From Squalus acanthias (taxonomy: Eukaryota), in the NCBI GenBank assembly GCA_030390025.1, contig CM059430.1, positions 73,594,001 to 73,658,000 on the forward strand: a DNA stretch of 64,000 nt, read 5' to 3'. The translations under genes were made by a program, and so were the position numbers. Positions 24,660-39,206 of the stretch are shown here, in pieces. The notes beneath the pieces were generated by a model. It ran no database searches, was not told the DNA's origin, and worked only from the letters and a program-made list of their open reading frames with translations. Each line of letters opens with the position of its first letter. Within the stretch, counting starts at the first letter, position 1.

Positions 24660-27600
24660 AGAATAGAAACATGAGTAGGCCAATCAAACAATTTCATGAA
24701 TTCAATTAAATCATGGCTGATCTTTATGACAACACATTTATCCGCTTTGGTTGCAAATCCTTGAATAGCGTTACCTAACAAAACAATCGATCAATCTCAG
24801 TTTTGATATTTTTAGTTGCCCTAACCTCAACAGTTGTTTGAGTGAGACAGTTCCTGATTTCCAATATCCTTTGTATGAAGAAGTGTTTGCTGACCTCACT
24901 CCTGAACCTCCAAGGTCTAATTTTAAGGTTATTCCCCCCTGTTCTGCACACACCCGCCAGAGAAAAGAGTTTCTCTCGATCTAGCATGTTGAATACTTTC
25001 ATCATCTTAAAGTGCCGGATTCGAGAGAGGTTTGAGTGGGGTGGGGTAGAGCTGGCTGTCGTCAGTGCACATGTGGAATCTACCGTCGTGTTTTTGAATG
25101 ATGTCGAAGAGGCAAAGCATGCACGTTTAGCATAACTTCACTTCTTTTCAATTCTAACCCTCTATAAATAAAACCTAGTTTTTAATTTGCTTCTTTATGG
25201 CTTTGTTAACCTGTGTCGATACTTTTAGTGATTTGTGTATTTGTACTCCGAGGTACCTTTGCTCCTCCTACCTCTTTTTCTCCCCAAAATGCAATACCTC
25301 ACACTTATCTGTTTTGAATTTAATTTACCAATTATATGCCCATTCTGCAGGTTTATTAATGTATTATTGTAATGTGTTGCCTTCTTCCGCAGTATTGACC
25401 ATCCCCCCAATTTGGTGTGATCCGCAAATTTAGAGATTATGTTTTGATTCCAAAGTCGCAATCGTTAATATAATTTGTGAACAACAGTGGTCCCAGCACT
25501 GATCCTTTTGGAACACCACGTCCTACCTTCTGCCACTCTCAATAGCAACCCTGTATCCCTACTCTCTGCTTTCTGTCTTGAAGCCAGATAGCTATCCATT
25601 CCGCTACTTGTCCCCTGACTCCGCATTCGCTGACCTTATTTATCAATCTATTATGTGGTACCTTATGGAAGGCCTTTTGAAAATCTAGATCAATTACATC
25701 TACTACATTAACCTTGTCTACTCTTTCTGTAACCTTTCGAAAAATTCAGTTAGGTTGTTTAAGCAAGTCTTTCCCTATTGTTAATCCAAGCAGACTACTT
25801 ATTATAATATTTTTTATTTCCAGATGTTCTTCCATTTTCTCCTTTAGTAGGGATTCCATAATTTTTCCAAACACCGATATTAAACTGACTGATCTATAGA
25901 TCTTTGTACATGTTAATCTCCCTTCTTACGTATAGTGATTATGTTAGTTATCCGCCAGACCTCTGGCAGTACACCTTTTTCTAATGAATTATTAAATATG
26001 TGCAGTTATGCATCTGCTATCTCTTCACTAAATTATTTTAGAATGCCGGATGTAATCCGTCTGGACAAGGGGATTCATCCTCTCTTTGAGTTTCATTAGT
26101 TTATTTAAGATATTTCTTTGTTTTATTTTAAATGCATTTATCTCATTACTAATCTCATCATCCAATATCATCTCCACCTGTTCTATCTCCCTGGTAACTA
26201 CTGAAGTAAAGTAATTATTTAATATCTCTTCCATCTCTCTATCGCTGCCTCTGGTTTGATACTGTCCATCCATTAGTGGCACTATTCTCATCCCGAACTT
26301 CCTTTTTTATTTAAGTGCCTGTAAAATATTTTACTATTTTATTTGATGTGCCTTGAAAATTTAATTTCATAATTTCTCTTTGCCTTCCCAATTTTTTTGA
26401 CTTCTCCCCTAATCTTTTCATATTCTGTTGACTATTCCAACGCACTCCTGGCTGGCCTCCCACATTCTAACCTACGTAAACTTGAGGTCATCCAAAACTC
26501 GGCGGCTCCTGTCCTAACTCGCACCAAGTCCCGTTCACCCATATCTGTGTTCTCGCTGACATACATTGGATCCCGGTTAAGCAACGCCTTGATACACATT
26601 TCTCATCCTTGTTTTCAAATGATTCCATGGCTTCGCCCCTCCCTATTTCTGTAATCTGCTTCAGCCTCACAATCCCCCGAAATATCTGTGTTCTTCAAAT
26701 TCTGGCCTCTTAAGCATCCCTGATTATAATCGTTCAACCATCGCTGGCCGTGCCTTCAGCTGCCTAGTCCGCTAAGCTGTGGAATTCCCTCCCTAAACCT
26801 CTCCACTTCTCTAGCTCTCTTTCTCCATTAAGCCGCTCCTTAAAACCTACCTCTTTGATCAAGTTTTAGGTAACCTGCCCGAATTACTTATGTGGCTCGG
26901 TGTCAATTTTGTGTCTTATAAAACTCCTGTGAAGCGCCTTGGGACGTTTTACTGTGTTAAATGTGCTAGATAAATACAAGTTGCTGTTATTTTTGTTCTT
27001 CTCCCTTACCATGCTCTCCCCTGCTAACCAGGTACTAAATGCATGCTTCTTACTTCATGCTCAACTTTTTTCCTCGTGGCTTTAATCATTCACTGAGTCT
27101 CATCTGTATTTACATAGTTCTTGTTTTTTCGCAGAATTTTTTTTTCCTGGACCCTGTTGAACACCACTTTAAATGTTTCCCATTGCTGTTCTAGATCACT
27201 GTTTGCCAATGTAGTTGTCCACTTTAATTTCCGAAGTTCTATTCTCAGCCCCTGTAAATCAGCTTTTCACCAATCTATCACCCTGGTCTTTGTCATGCTT
27301 ATGTCTTTCTCAATTATTACTTAAAACGTCTTATAATTTGGTCAGTATTGCCTAGATATTCCCCTACATTTACTTCTGTTAACTGCTCTGGCCCATTCCC
27401 CATTATTTGATGCAATAGCCAACACTCCCTAGTTGGGATTTTTACATATTGGGTTAGAATGGAGACCTGTACACATTGTAGGGACTCCATTTCCTTAACT
27501 GCATTACCTACCTCTTTTTCCAATTAATATCTAGGTAGTTGAATTACCCCATTATAATTATTCACTGTTTTTTACTCATTTCCCTAATTTGTTTGCATAT

Positions 27601-28850
27601 TTCAGCCTCCATCACACTTCCAATATTAGGTTTTCTGTCGTCTAACCCTATTAGTGTAATTTACCTTTAATTATCTTTTATCTCTATCCACATGGATTCT
27701 ATTTCTTTTTAAATGAGAGCTGCGTCACTTTTTTCTCTGCCATTATTTTATCCCTAACAGGTACCGATACCCCACCTCCCCTTTTCCCCTCTCTATCTTT
27801 CTAACTATGTTATTCCCTTTCAATGTTTAATTTCCAGTTCTGATTTTTCTGTAGCCATGTCTCAGTAATTCCTACTAGCTCTGGTTTCTCGCAACGCAAG
27901 ATTGCCTCCAGCTCTCCTGTTTTATTATGTACACTGTGTGCATTGTTGTACAGGCAGACGAACTCATTTTTCTAGCATTTCCTTTCATTCTATTTGTAAC
28001 CATCATTTTAAAGACCTGTATTTAAAGACCTGTATTATAACTCTATTTATTCCCTTGCCATCAATGTCCTTCCTTGCTTTACTCATTCCTGTGCTCTCCT
28101 TTCCTGTTTCGTTTATATTTAGGCTGGTTTCATTTCTTGCAGATCCCTCCCCCATCTTACTCGTTTAATGCCTTTGCCAACTCCCTTTCCGCTAGGACAC
28201 GGGCCCTATCCTGATTCAGTTGGAGCCCGTCCCATCGACACAGATCCTTTCTGTTCCAGTACTGATGCTAGTGTCCAATGAAAAGGAAGCCCTCTTTCCC
28301 AGACCATCTCTTTAGCCACGTGTTAATTCTCCTCATCTGACTGTTTTTATGCCAATTTGCAGGTGGCTCGGTCAATAATCCATAGATTATTGCCCTCGAG
28401 GTCCTACTTTTTAATTTAGCTCCTAACTCCTGATGCTCCCTCAGCAGGCCATCTTCTCTGTTCCTCCCTCAGTCGTTTGTTCTGACATGGAACAAACAAC
28501 TGGATTTAACCCTACCTCCCACCTTTCCAAATTCCTCTCCAGCCGCCACGAGATATCCCTTACCCTGGCACCGGGTCGGCAACACACACTTCGGAATTCT
28601 CGTTCTTGGCTGCAGAGGAAGCTATCTATCGCCCTAATTATAGAATCCCGTTTCACTACCACATTTCTATTCTGCTCTTGCCCCCACCTCTTCTTGGACA
28701 GCCTTCTGAGCCACGGTGCCTTGCTCAGCATTGTGGATGTCCTGCCTGCAGTCTTTCTCCTTGTCCTCACAGGTAGCGAATATATCGTACCTGTTTGAAA
28801 GGACCAGTGCCTGCCGGATCTCCTTCTCAACCTCTCCTATCTCCCTGCTA
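24660..28850 (-). mobile_element. Long decayed CR1 LINE (ORF1 esterase region + ORF2)
   Basis: ORF 28441-28830 has VVVKRDSIIRAID...CCRPGARVRDIS; ORF 25225-25461 has ISKFADHTKLGG; ORF 26028-26291 has ILNNYFTSV. Confidence 0.88.
26425..26990 (+). mobile_element. L2 LINE 3' fragment nested in CR1
   Basis: DYSNALLAGLPHSNLRKLEVIQNSAAPVLTRTKSRSPI (L2 ORF2 C-terminus) plus tail ctcctgtgaagcgccttgggacg. Confidence 0.85.
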
Positions 28851-29593
28851 CACGGCGCCCTAAATGTGTATGGAGTCTAATGCTGGAGGAATTTGCACTT
28901 TTCAAAGCAATTCATATTCATAGGATTATCGATAATAGGTGCTATTGCTACATGCAGTTAAATTTAAAGATGCATATTTTCGAATAAAATCAAATCAATT
29001 GTTTACAAAGCTGTGTTATCTTAATTCGGTTAATGAAATTCTGAGACCTGCTAATGTTATTGAATCCTCCCCTCTCCCTAGGGTTATGACATATAAGAAA
29101 TAATCAGTAATTTTAAATTGTTTGAAAAAAAACCCACTAAATTAATATATGATGGAATAAAGAAGGAGAAACGGAAATACTTTGAGGCAGAATTTGCGGT
29201 CGGTGTGATGGTGTCCTCTCAGGTACGCCGTCTTACTGCCTTAGAAATTGACTGCAAATTGCTTACGCTAAATCCCGAAATTGCGATCTCTCAAGTTTCG
29301 ACTTGACATGTCATCCACAGTGACGGTGAGATCATTATTGTTGGCGCAGGTTTGGGCTAAAAGCCCAACAACTGCCCAGAAATTGAACAGGAACGTTTTA
29401 CGTCTGGTGCAAACAGGTGCAGGAGTCTGTTTGCACAGCGTAATTGGAGAGGGGATAGGCAGTAACTTGAATTATAAACATGTCAGGATAAAAAAATCTT
29501 CAAAATAAATATCTTTATCCACGTAACTATTTCCAGATCCCAACACAACTCGCGGAGATAAAGAGGCAAAGGGTGAAAACATTCTACAAGAAT

Positions 29594-29750
29594 GAGAGAC
29601 TGATTACTTATTAATAAAACTTGGGGGATTTGGGGACTGATTTATTCATTAATATATCTGGGTGAGTGAGAGACTAATTTATTTATTAATATAACTGGGG
29701 GGAGTGAGACACAGATTTATTTATTAATATAACAGGGGTGAGTGAGACTC
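29594..29750 (+). repeat. Minisatellite, ~4 copies of a 36-38-bp unit
   Basis: Unit ~gagactgatttatttattaatataactggggtgagt starting at 29594, 29632, 29668 and 29706. Confidence 0.8.
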
Positions 29751-31139
29751 AAAAGTCATGAATTGGCACTGGAGATTTCTGTTTCCTGATTGGAGCACCG
29801 CCCCACTTGATTCCCAGGTACACTTATGCACACGGTGCACCCCGGGATCCGTGGGCCACTAAGCTGTGCACAACTCTGCAGTGAAACAACGCAAGTTTTC
29901 GAAGGGGGTCTCTCACCAGCTCAGAGCAATTTTTTTTGAGGTCCGCATTGTACTCTTTAGCTACGACGCCGGCCGCAATTCCAAGGTTTGCATGTTGATT
30001 TTCTGTTTAAAAGCTGCATCAGTTAGTTTGTGTAAAACGTAATTTTTCTTTAATAAAAAGGATGTGTGAATGTTTCGGAGCCCACAAGCTGTGGATACTT
30101 CATCTTTAACCACGTTTTGTAACAATGTTGAAGGTTTTTTTTAACTGTGAAAGGTAACATTTGCTTTCGTTATATTACAGCCACTCGGAAAGAAAGAACA
30201 AAAAGATGATGTAATTTTCTGGGTGTTTTTCAGCACATTCTATTTTACCTGTCGGAATTGTGTTTTGCTAACACAATATTGGCCTGAATTACATTGGAAT
30301 TATCCAGGTTTACTAAAATATTGTGAAAATCCGACTTTCACTGTGGCAACAGGAAAATTCTGGTTGTTGTAAATTTGTTTGGCGTTCTCGAATTCCGGTC
30401 AAATGATTTCACATGTGAAATTGACAGTTTCGTATTTCTGAAATATTTAATGATATGAACTGGAAAATATTGGGACATTTGAGATGCTCATTTTGGTTAT
30501 ACGCGAAAAACCTTAGGATGTAAAACCTTTAAAAAAAATCTATAGCTTAAAAAAAACTGTTGTCTAATTTGTAAAGTTAATACAGATGTTACTGAAGATT
30601 TCTGCAGTTTTAACGGTTTTCAGTTCCGAAGGATAAAAAACGTTGTTAGGATCATTGTGCAAGTTTTAAAAGGTAAAAAGACGTTGAAAAAAGTAAAATG
30701 GAATTTGGTTCTTTTTCTTTAGGCAAAGTTTGTTTTATAAAAATAAGTAAAGTGACGCAATTGCGTCTGATGATATCTTATAAACATTCAAATATGGTAA
30801 ACCTTTCCGTCGTGAGATGTTTTAAGTTCACTACAGGACAACTTTTGTATTGCTGAATATAAATTTATATATTGCGCATTATAATATAACGGCGTTCAAA
30901 TTTCAGTCTCAATGACGGCGTACTCCAGATAATGCCATAGCAATCCATTTGAAAGGCTCAGCAACTCCAGGGTTTCCGCATGGGGTTGCACGTCTGCGAA
31001 ATCCAGAACTTGTGATCTGTCAAGGTACAACTGGAAAAATAGGCGTAGGGCCTTCTTTCATCAGCATGAGTGTATATATAAGTCTTAAATGAAACATTTA
31101 AAAATCAAAAATGTTGGACCTACACTTTGAATTCGTTTT

Positions 31140-31885
31140 TGCAAAGATGGGCCCGACAACATCCTGGCTGCTTGCTGAAGACTTGTTTCTTCAGAAATAG
31201 CTTTACCTCCAGCCAAGCTGTTCAACAACAGCTACAACAACTGGCATTTACCCGACAAAGTGGAAAGTTGTGCAAGTATGTCCTGTCCAGGAGAAACTGG
31301 ACAAATCCAATCCATCCAATTACCACCCCATCAGCCTACTCACAATCATTAGCAAAATGATGGAATTTCGTCGACAGTGCTATCAAGCGGTAATTACTCC
31401 TCAAGAACTTGCTCACTGATGCTCATTTGGTTTCTGCCAGGAACACTCGCATACAGGCCGCATTAATGCCTTGGTCAAAAGAGGTGAATTCCATGTTGAG
31501 TTGACAGTGATATCAATGCAACATTTGACCGTGCATGGCATCCAAGTGCCCTCGTTAAATTTAAATCAATGGGAATCAGTGGGAATAATCTACAGTGGAT
31601 GGAATCATACCTTGCACAAAGGAAGATGGTTGTGGTTGCTTTAGTCCAAGCCTTTCTTCCCCAGGACATCGCTGCAGATGATTCGTCGTGTCAGAGGGCC
31701 AACCATCCTCAGCTGATACATTAATGAACTTCCCTCCATCACAATGTCAGAAGTTGGGGATGGGCGCTGATGATTGCACAATGTTCATTTCCATTTGCAA
31801 ATCCTCAGAAAATGAAGTAGCCCATGCCCGCCTGCCGCTAGATCTGAATGACATATAACTTGGGCTGAGAAGTGGCAATTAACAT
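31140..31885 (+). mobile_element. LINE family B RT fragment
   Basis: Similar to 9380-10100 (gccaagctgttc..., ggaatcatacct..gcacaaaggaagatggttgtgg). Confidence 0.8.
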
Positions 31886-33960
31886 TGGTCGCACTAGGAA
31901 GAGGCATTGCTATACCTGGTTCTGGGGAATGAGGTGGACCAGTTCGACCAAGTATCTGAGGGAGAACACTTGGGTACGACTGATCATTGTATCATAAGAT
32001 TTAGATTAGCAATGGAGAGGAGCAAGGAACAATCTCGAGAGGAACTTCGAAACTGGAATAGGGCAAAATTCAATGGGAATCGAAAGGATCTAGATCTGGT
32101 AAAATGGAACCAAAGCTGACACGAAAAAATATAACGGAACAATTGGTTGAACTTTAAGGAGGCGTAGTTGCAATTACAGTCTAGGTACATTCCAACAAGA
32201 GGGAAGGTTACGGGATACAAAGCAAGGCATTCTTGGTTGACGAGGGAGATAGATAAGATGATGAAACAAAGAAAAAGGAGTATGATGCATGTCAGGTGAG
32301 TTCTTCATGGGAGAACTAGACCAAATACATTAAGTTGAGAGGGGATGTGAAGATGAAAATAAGATTGGGAAAGAGAGAATAGGAGAGGAGAATGGCGGTT
32401 AACATAAAAGGGGACCCAAAAATCTTCTACAGGCATGTAAACAGTAAACGGATAGTAAGAGATGGGCTGTGGCATATTAGGGACAAAGAAGGAGCTATAT
32501 GCTTAGAGGCACAGGGCAAGGCTAGAATACTTAATGAGTACTTTGCATCGCAGTTTACTAATGACGTGGATCCTGACAAAATATCGGTAGAAGTGGAAAA
32601 GCTAGAAGCAATGGAAGGGCTGCAAATTGATAGACAGGATGTACTAGAAAGTCTGCCTATGCTTAGATTGAAGCAGTCGCAGGGCCCAGATGGCTTGCCT
32701 TACAGGTTGTTAAGGGAAATGGCGGAGGAGATAGCGGAAGGGCAAGCCATAATTTTGCCAATCTTCCCTAGATGCGGGGGAGGTGCCTGAGCATTGGTAA
32801 GTACCAAAAGTGGCACCATATTTCAAGAACGGGTGTAAGCACAATCCTAGTAACGACAGACCGCTCAGTTTAACATCAGTGTTTGGTAAACTGTTAGAAA
32901 CAATAATCACGGAAAACATTAACGGGCACTTGGAGAGGTTTAAACGTATTAAAGAGAGCCAATACGATTTGTAAAAAGACAGATCCTGTTTGCGTAATCT
33001 AATTGAATGTTTTGATGAAGTAGCAGAGAGGATTGATGAAGGGAATGGAATGGATGTTCTCTACATGGATTTTCGGAAGGCGTTGGACGAAGTACCACAT
33101 AGAAGGCTGGTTAACACAATTGAGGCTCATGGAATATGTGAGTCAGTGGCAACTTGATTAATGAATTGGCTTCAGGACAAAAAACGCGTGTTGTGGAAAA
33201 TGTCTGTTTTTCAGACTGGAGTTTGGTAGACAGTGGTGTTTCATAAGGGTCAGTGCTGGGGCAAATGCTTTTTTTTGATATACATATATATATGACCTCG
33301 ATATTGGAATACATAATTACATTTCTAAACTTGCCGATTACACCAAATTTGGGGGGTTGGTAAACAGTGATGATGATATCAATCGGCTGCAAACGACATA
33401 GAAAGGCTAGCAGAATGGGCAGACAAGTGTCAGATGGAATTTAATACGGAGAAATGTGAGGTGATGCATTTTGACAGAAGGAGCAGGGAAAGGCAATATA
33501 CACTTAATAACACAGTTTTAAAGAGTGTGCAGGGACAGAGGGACAGAGGGACCTGGGAGTTAATGTGCATAGTTCCCTGACGTTGGCAGGACATATTGAG
33601 AGAGTAGTTAACAAAGCGTATGGAATCTTGGGCTTCATAAATAGAGGTATTGAGTATAAATACAGAAGTCATGCTGAACATGTATAAAGCGCTGATTGGG
33701 CTACAAACGAAGTATTGCGTCCAGTTCTGGTCAACACACATCAGGAAGGATGTGAGGGCCCTTGACAAGGTGCAGAGGAGATTTACCAGAACGTTCCGGG
33801 ATGGGGGATCTTAGCTACAAGGACAGTTTGGAGAAGCTGGATTTGATTTCATTCGAGCAAAGGAGGTTGAGGGGTGATGAGATAGAGGTGTACAAGACTT
33901 TGACGGTTTTTGGGTAGATTAGACGGGGAGAGGCTGTTCCCACTATTTGATGGTAGAAGG
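31886..33960 (+). mobile_element. CR1 ORF2 fragment (APE end to RT C-terminus), truncated at the inverted-repeat segment
   Basis: LVLGNEVDQ, PKIFYRHVNSKR, ILNEYFASQF. Confidence 0.88.
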
Positions 33961-33964
33961 AGTA

Positions 33965-35390
33965 GCAACGACAGGATAATGACGGCTTAGCTTTGCAGTA
34001 TATCTTATCCTTCTGCAAAATGGGCGCTAAGTCACAGCTATTAGCACGTCGACCATTTTTTTAAGCATACCTCTTTTGCAGCACACCATAATGATTTTAA
34101 AGACAAATTTTATCGTTGCTTGAGTAATCATAAAAAACATATAGACATGATGCGGGACCAAGGATGCTGACGCGCAACAAGAGAGAGTCATAGTACCGCA
34201 TGTTGACATTCAATTGCACGTCGAGTCACCAACCATCAACATCCTGGGGGTCAACATTGATGTGGAACTTACCTAGACCAGACAACTAAATACTTTGGCT
34301 GCAACCGCAGTTAAATGCCGGTTATTCTGCGGTGAGTCTCTCACCTCCAGCCTCCCCTAAGCCGTTCCACCATTTACAAGGCACGAGTCAGGGGTGTGGC
34401 AGAATACTCTTCACGTGCCTGGATCAGTGCAGCTCCAACAACACTCAAGTGCTCGACAACATCCATGACAAAGCAGCCTGCTTGATTGGCAAACCATACG
34501 TCACGTTAAACAGTCACTCGCTCCACGACTAACGCACCTTGGCTGCACTGTGCACCATCTACAAGATGCACTGTAGCAACTCGCCAAGTGTTCTTCGACA
34601 GCATCTCCCAAACCCGCGATCTCTCACAACTAGAAGTTCAAGGGGAATAGGCGCATCTGCAAGTCCCGCTCCAAGTCATACACCATCCTGCCTTGAAATA
34701 TATCGCCAAAACTACATCGTCGCTGGGGGAAAAATCTGGAATTGTCTCCCGAATAGCATTTTGGAAGTAGCTTCTCGACACGGACTGAAGCGGTTCAAGA
34801 AGGCTGCTCGCCATCACATTCTAAAGGACAGTCAGAGATGGCCAATTATTGCTGGCCTTACCAGCGATGCACACATCCCATGAACGAATAATAAAATGTT
34901 TAGTATGAAGCACATTACATTTAGACTAGAGAAATGACTTGAGAAATGTAAGTGGTTCGAACAAGATTTGGAGCTTAGATATTGCTGTGAGGGTCAGCAG
35001 GGGCCGTTGAAGATTAAGACGGAGATGTAGTAAAGGAAACCATGTTCTTCAATTAATTCTGTAGTTTAAATCCCGTAAAAGGAATGAATGACATCGATAT
35101 GAAACAACGTAATACTGACATTAGAAAAGGGACATCTAACTTTGAGAATCACTGTTGGTGGCAAACGGTCGAGAATGCGCCTCAGCATCCTTGGTCCCGT
35201 ATCATGATCAATATGTTTTATATGATTACTCAAGCAACGATAAAAATTTGTCTTAAAAATCATTATGGTGTGCTGCATGAGAGGTATGCTTAAAAATCTT
35301 GGTCGACGTGCTAATAGCTTTGAGTTAGCGCCCATTTTGCAGAAGTATAAGATATACAGCAAAACGAACTCGTCATTATCCTGTCGTTGC
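33965..35390. repeat. ~210-bp inverted repeats (33965-34176 / 35176-35390) enclosing a LINE-B 3' fragment (~34215-34900) and unique DNA
   Basis: gcaacgacaggataatgacg...ggaccaaggatgctga is the reverse complement of tcagcatccttggtcc...cgtcattatcctgtcgttgc, with scattered mismatches. Confidence 0.88.
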
Positions 35391-36109
35391 AAAACAAAGA
35401 AGGAACATTGACGTCTGAAAGATGCTATCTTGTTATTCACTCGAAAGCTGCGGTCATGTGTATTAAAGCGCTCTTAATATTTGTCAATTTTTTATTCATA
35501 TAAATAATGTTTAGTATTAGGTTTTCCCAAAAGCATTTCCTTGTTAAGGTTGGTTGAATTATAGTTACATTTTATACTTTATTTGAATTAGTAAAGTGAA
35601 TGATGCTGAGGTTGGGATGTATTTACACTTAGAATTTCGTCCGGTCAAGGTCTACTGCATGAGCCTTTAACCGCAAAAACAAACGAAGCTTGTACTTGTG
35701 CTAAAAATAGAAATAAGTTAATCTGGTTAAGGACATGTAAGTACCGAGTGCCCACCCTATGATTGGGTAGAATGAGGAGATTATTGGAGAAAGCATGACT
35801 GGATGAATTTTTCCACCAATTTGATTTTTGGGGTTTCACCTCGGAAAATTGAGCGCCTCTCAGTCTGGAATATTGAACTGAGGGAACCGGGACAGAGAGC
35901 AGAGTGTGCTTGGAAATAATTTGCATCTTCCACCAAGGGACAACGGGTAATATACTTTTCAACGGTGCCTTGTAAATGGTTGTTTAAACAATGTAATATA
36001 TTGATTTAGCCTGCACCTGAATCAAAGTCAAAACCATTACCAATATGGTGTCAGCGTCGAATAATTGAACAGACTGTCTTAAGGGGCGATAGCTGGTAGG
36101 TTGATAAAT

Positions 36110-36402
36110 ATATGATAGAATGATAGAAACAATGATAGATGATAGACAGATAGATAAATAACGAATAGATGGTTCAATCTAGATAGATATGGGGAAGATA
36201 GTTGATATATAAAAGATAGATAGATGATAGATAGATAGTATACTGAATGATAGACAAAAAAATAGACAGACCGATAGCTGAGTTATAAACAGTTAAATAA
36301 TAGATAGATATAGAGATAAATATATATATATATAGTCAGAAAAAAGAAAGATATAGAAAAAATACGGTAAAAACATAGGTATATATATAATATCTATATA
36401 GA
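36110..36402 (+). repeat. Imperfect (GATA)n/(TA)n microsatellite next to assembly gap
   Basis: Seen directly. Confidence 0.85.
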
Positions 36403-36553
36403 NNNNNNNNNNNNNNNNNNNNNNNNNNNNNNNNNNNNNNNNNNNNNNNNNNNNNNNNNNNNNNNNNNNNNNNNNNNNNNNNNNNNNNNNNNNNNNNNNN
36501 NNNNNNNNNNNNNNNNNNNNNNNNNNNNNNNNNNNNNNNNNNNNNNNNNNNNN
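36403..36553. other. Assembly gap (151 N)
   Basis: Run of n. Confidence 1.
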
Positions 36554-37855
36554 ATGACAGATAGACAGACAGAATCTATGAAGCTATATTGGCAGAGAGG
36601 CAGAAAATGCAGCATCATATATTTGCATGACTTTCCGACAGCTCAGCGTTTCTTGCGATCACCAACATATTTTAGGAATTTGATCACACATTTAAATAAC
36701 AGGTCTAAAAATGATGCCTGCCACTGCCAGTCAGCAAGCCGAAAAGCGCTCTGGATTAAAATTCAGCTCTTCAAGTTACATTTCAACTTGCTGCCGGGCG
36801 AAAACCTGGTATTGAGGATGGGTCGCCATTTTCAACGTTTCCAGCATCCGCTGTACCTTGGAGTTTTTCCAATTGTTCCCTGAGTAAAATATAATGACGT
36901 AAAAACACAGTCTTTAGATCGAGTGGGATTAATTTTTATACAGGTTATTGCTGAAATATATGTTAATTAAATTCCCTTCAACATGCGCTATGCACGTTGT
37001 TCGTTCATTTTAATGTCTGTTTTTCCTATCAAGGCATTTCCGACTTCACTAATTATTTCCGCTGCATTGTCTCAAACTCGTTATACCAATTTGCGATCGT
37101 TTAATGAAACGTCTTGGTTTAACAGCGAAGATTATAACGTCACTTGATATAAAAATGATCTGGAGATTGAGTTTAGATTAAAATTGAAGGCGAACATTTG
37201 TGCAGTGTTTATGGAGGCTGGTTGACCATTTGGTAGGCCCATCTTTCTTTGTTGCCATATGCCCTATTCCAGCAAAGGTCATACCACAGCGACCAAGAAT
37301 GGAGACGCTGGCTTTAAAATTGCCATCAGTGGCATCGCTGCGGAGTAAGCATCCGACACGCCAAACACATACGAATTATCTCCAGGTGTCTAGGTTGCAA
37401 ACATTTGCGATCTCGCTTGCGCTAAAGGGGTGCTAGTGCAGTCGGAGCGGAGCGAGGGGAATCCAGCGCCACGTGGCAAATCCGGTTTCCCCGTTGCGCC
37501 GCCTATACAAAGTACATCGGAGACTTCAATGCCAGGCAAATCATGACAACAGGGCCACCCGATATGCAAAATGAATTTTCGCCACGTATCTCAGCAACTC
37601 CAGCAGACAGTGACAGGGAGAGGAGGCGTCAAGCAGGGCGATGCCGTCTCCAGGGATGTTACTTTAAGGGATCATGAGCAATGAGTCCCAGCTGTCAGCT
37701 TAGTCAAGTTTCAGTGCATTCTTGTCAGTTTGACATTTTGCAACAGTTTAATTCAGTAATTTAAAGATTCTTCTGTATCGGGAGTGTTGTGGTGACAACT
37801 TTTTTTATACATTTATTGTTTAAAAATAACTAAGTGATACACTTGTCTTACATTA

Positions 37856-39037
37856 ATGGGGACTGTGCTGGCAGTCGAATTCGCCCTCCAGGACCGACGG
37901 CAGAGAGAGCGGAGGCAGTGAAAAATACCGGAATATGTGGCCAGAGGGAGGACGGGGGCCAACAGAGATCTCAATAGTAGGTCTTATTCTCTGAGGGTCT
38001 TCCGAGAGCAATTCCACCTCCAATTAAGTAAGGAGCAGTGTATTAGAAGGCTCCACATCACCAAGGATGTGGTCAAAGAACACTGCCACCTCCTGCAACA
38101 AGACCTCCAGCCACAGGTCACTGCGACCACGGCTATCTCAGTGGCAATAAAGGTCACCACAAGCCTCAATTTCTTCACCAGTGGATCCTTCCAGTCTGCA
38201 ACACGAGACATAGGTAACATCTCGTTGTTCACCGTCCATTGCTGTATCCGAAAGGTCACTGAGGCTCTCTACAGGAGGAGATGGGATTATCTTTCCTTCC
38301 CCATCACCAGAGACAAGCAGGCCAAGCGCGCCTGTGTCTTTTTCAGGCTAGCGTGATTTCCCATGGTGCAGGGCACCATTGACTGCACCCACGTGACTTT
38401 GCGGGCACGGCATAAAAATCCTGAGATCTGCCATGACCGTATAGTCTTCCACTCAATTAACGTGCAGTTGATGTGCAACCACACCCAGCCAATCCTCAAT
38501 ATGAATGCCCGCTAGCCTGGAACAGGCCACGATGCCTTCATTCTGTCCCAGGCCAGTGTGCAAGCACTCTTCCAGCCACAACGTCAAGTTCATGGTGGCT
38601 GCTTAGAGACGAGGGCAATCCGCTACATGGCACCCCTTTGCAACACAAAAATTTCTGCCCTGCACTAATATAATGCCAGCTATGCTGTGAACTGAGACAA
38701 TATCGAGCAGAATTTTGACGTGCTCAATCCACGGTTCCGTTGCCTTGAGCGCTCTGGAGGAGCCATTTGGTACTCGGCTGAGAGGGTGTCACATTTTTAG
38801 GTTGTCTGCCGCATGCTCCAAACATTGGTCATCATGAAGGCACAGCCCTTGCCACCAGGGATTGCGGGAAAACCTCAGGAGGAGGAAGAGGGAGAGGAGG
38901 AGAAGGGGGAGGATGAGAAGAAAGAGGAAAATTAGGTGGACGTGGAGCCGGAACAGGAGCGAGGGAGGAGGCAGCCAATGAATCGGCCTTCCGGAAGGGC
39001 AGTGCGCGATCGCCTAATCAGACGACAGTTCGAATAA
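37856..39037 (+). pseudogene. PIF/Harbinger (HARBI1-like) DDE transposase, disrupted
   Basis: AIKVTTSLNFFTSGSFQ, FPMVQGTIDCTHV, FHSINVQLMC, GWLLRDEG, IEQNFDVLNPRFRCL and acidic tail; stops and frameshifts present. Confidence 0.9.
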
Positions 39038-39206
39038 ATTAAAACCCAGATCCCTGTTGCTCACCACATCCCCATCATTGCATCCGTTTTGCACGCCATA
39101 TCACAGCGCAAAGTTGAAATGAGGGACACCACAAAATAATCCAATCTGAATTAATAAATGCATCAATAATAAGTGAACACATATAAATAAGAACACTATT
39201 AAGTAC

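Noticed and set aside
29594-29750. Regularly spaced repeats superficially like a CRISPR array
   Set aside because: Head-to-tail minisatellite without unique spacers, in eukaryotic context with no cas genes.
35918-36630. ATTTGCAT octamer motifs
   Set aside because: No associated leader or V exon; the 8-mer also occurs inside repeats elsewhere in the window.
36394-36883. ORFs at or spanning the N gap
   Set aside because: Artefacts of the gap and microsatellite; no recognisable motifs.
37856-39037. Domesticated HARBI1 host gene
   Set aside because: Multiple stops and frameshifts plus a convergent Myb-like partner indicate a dead transposon.
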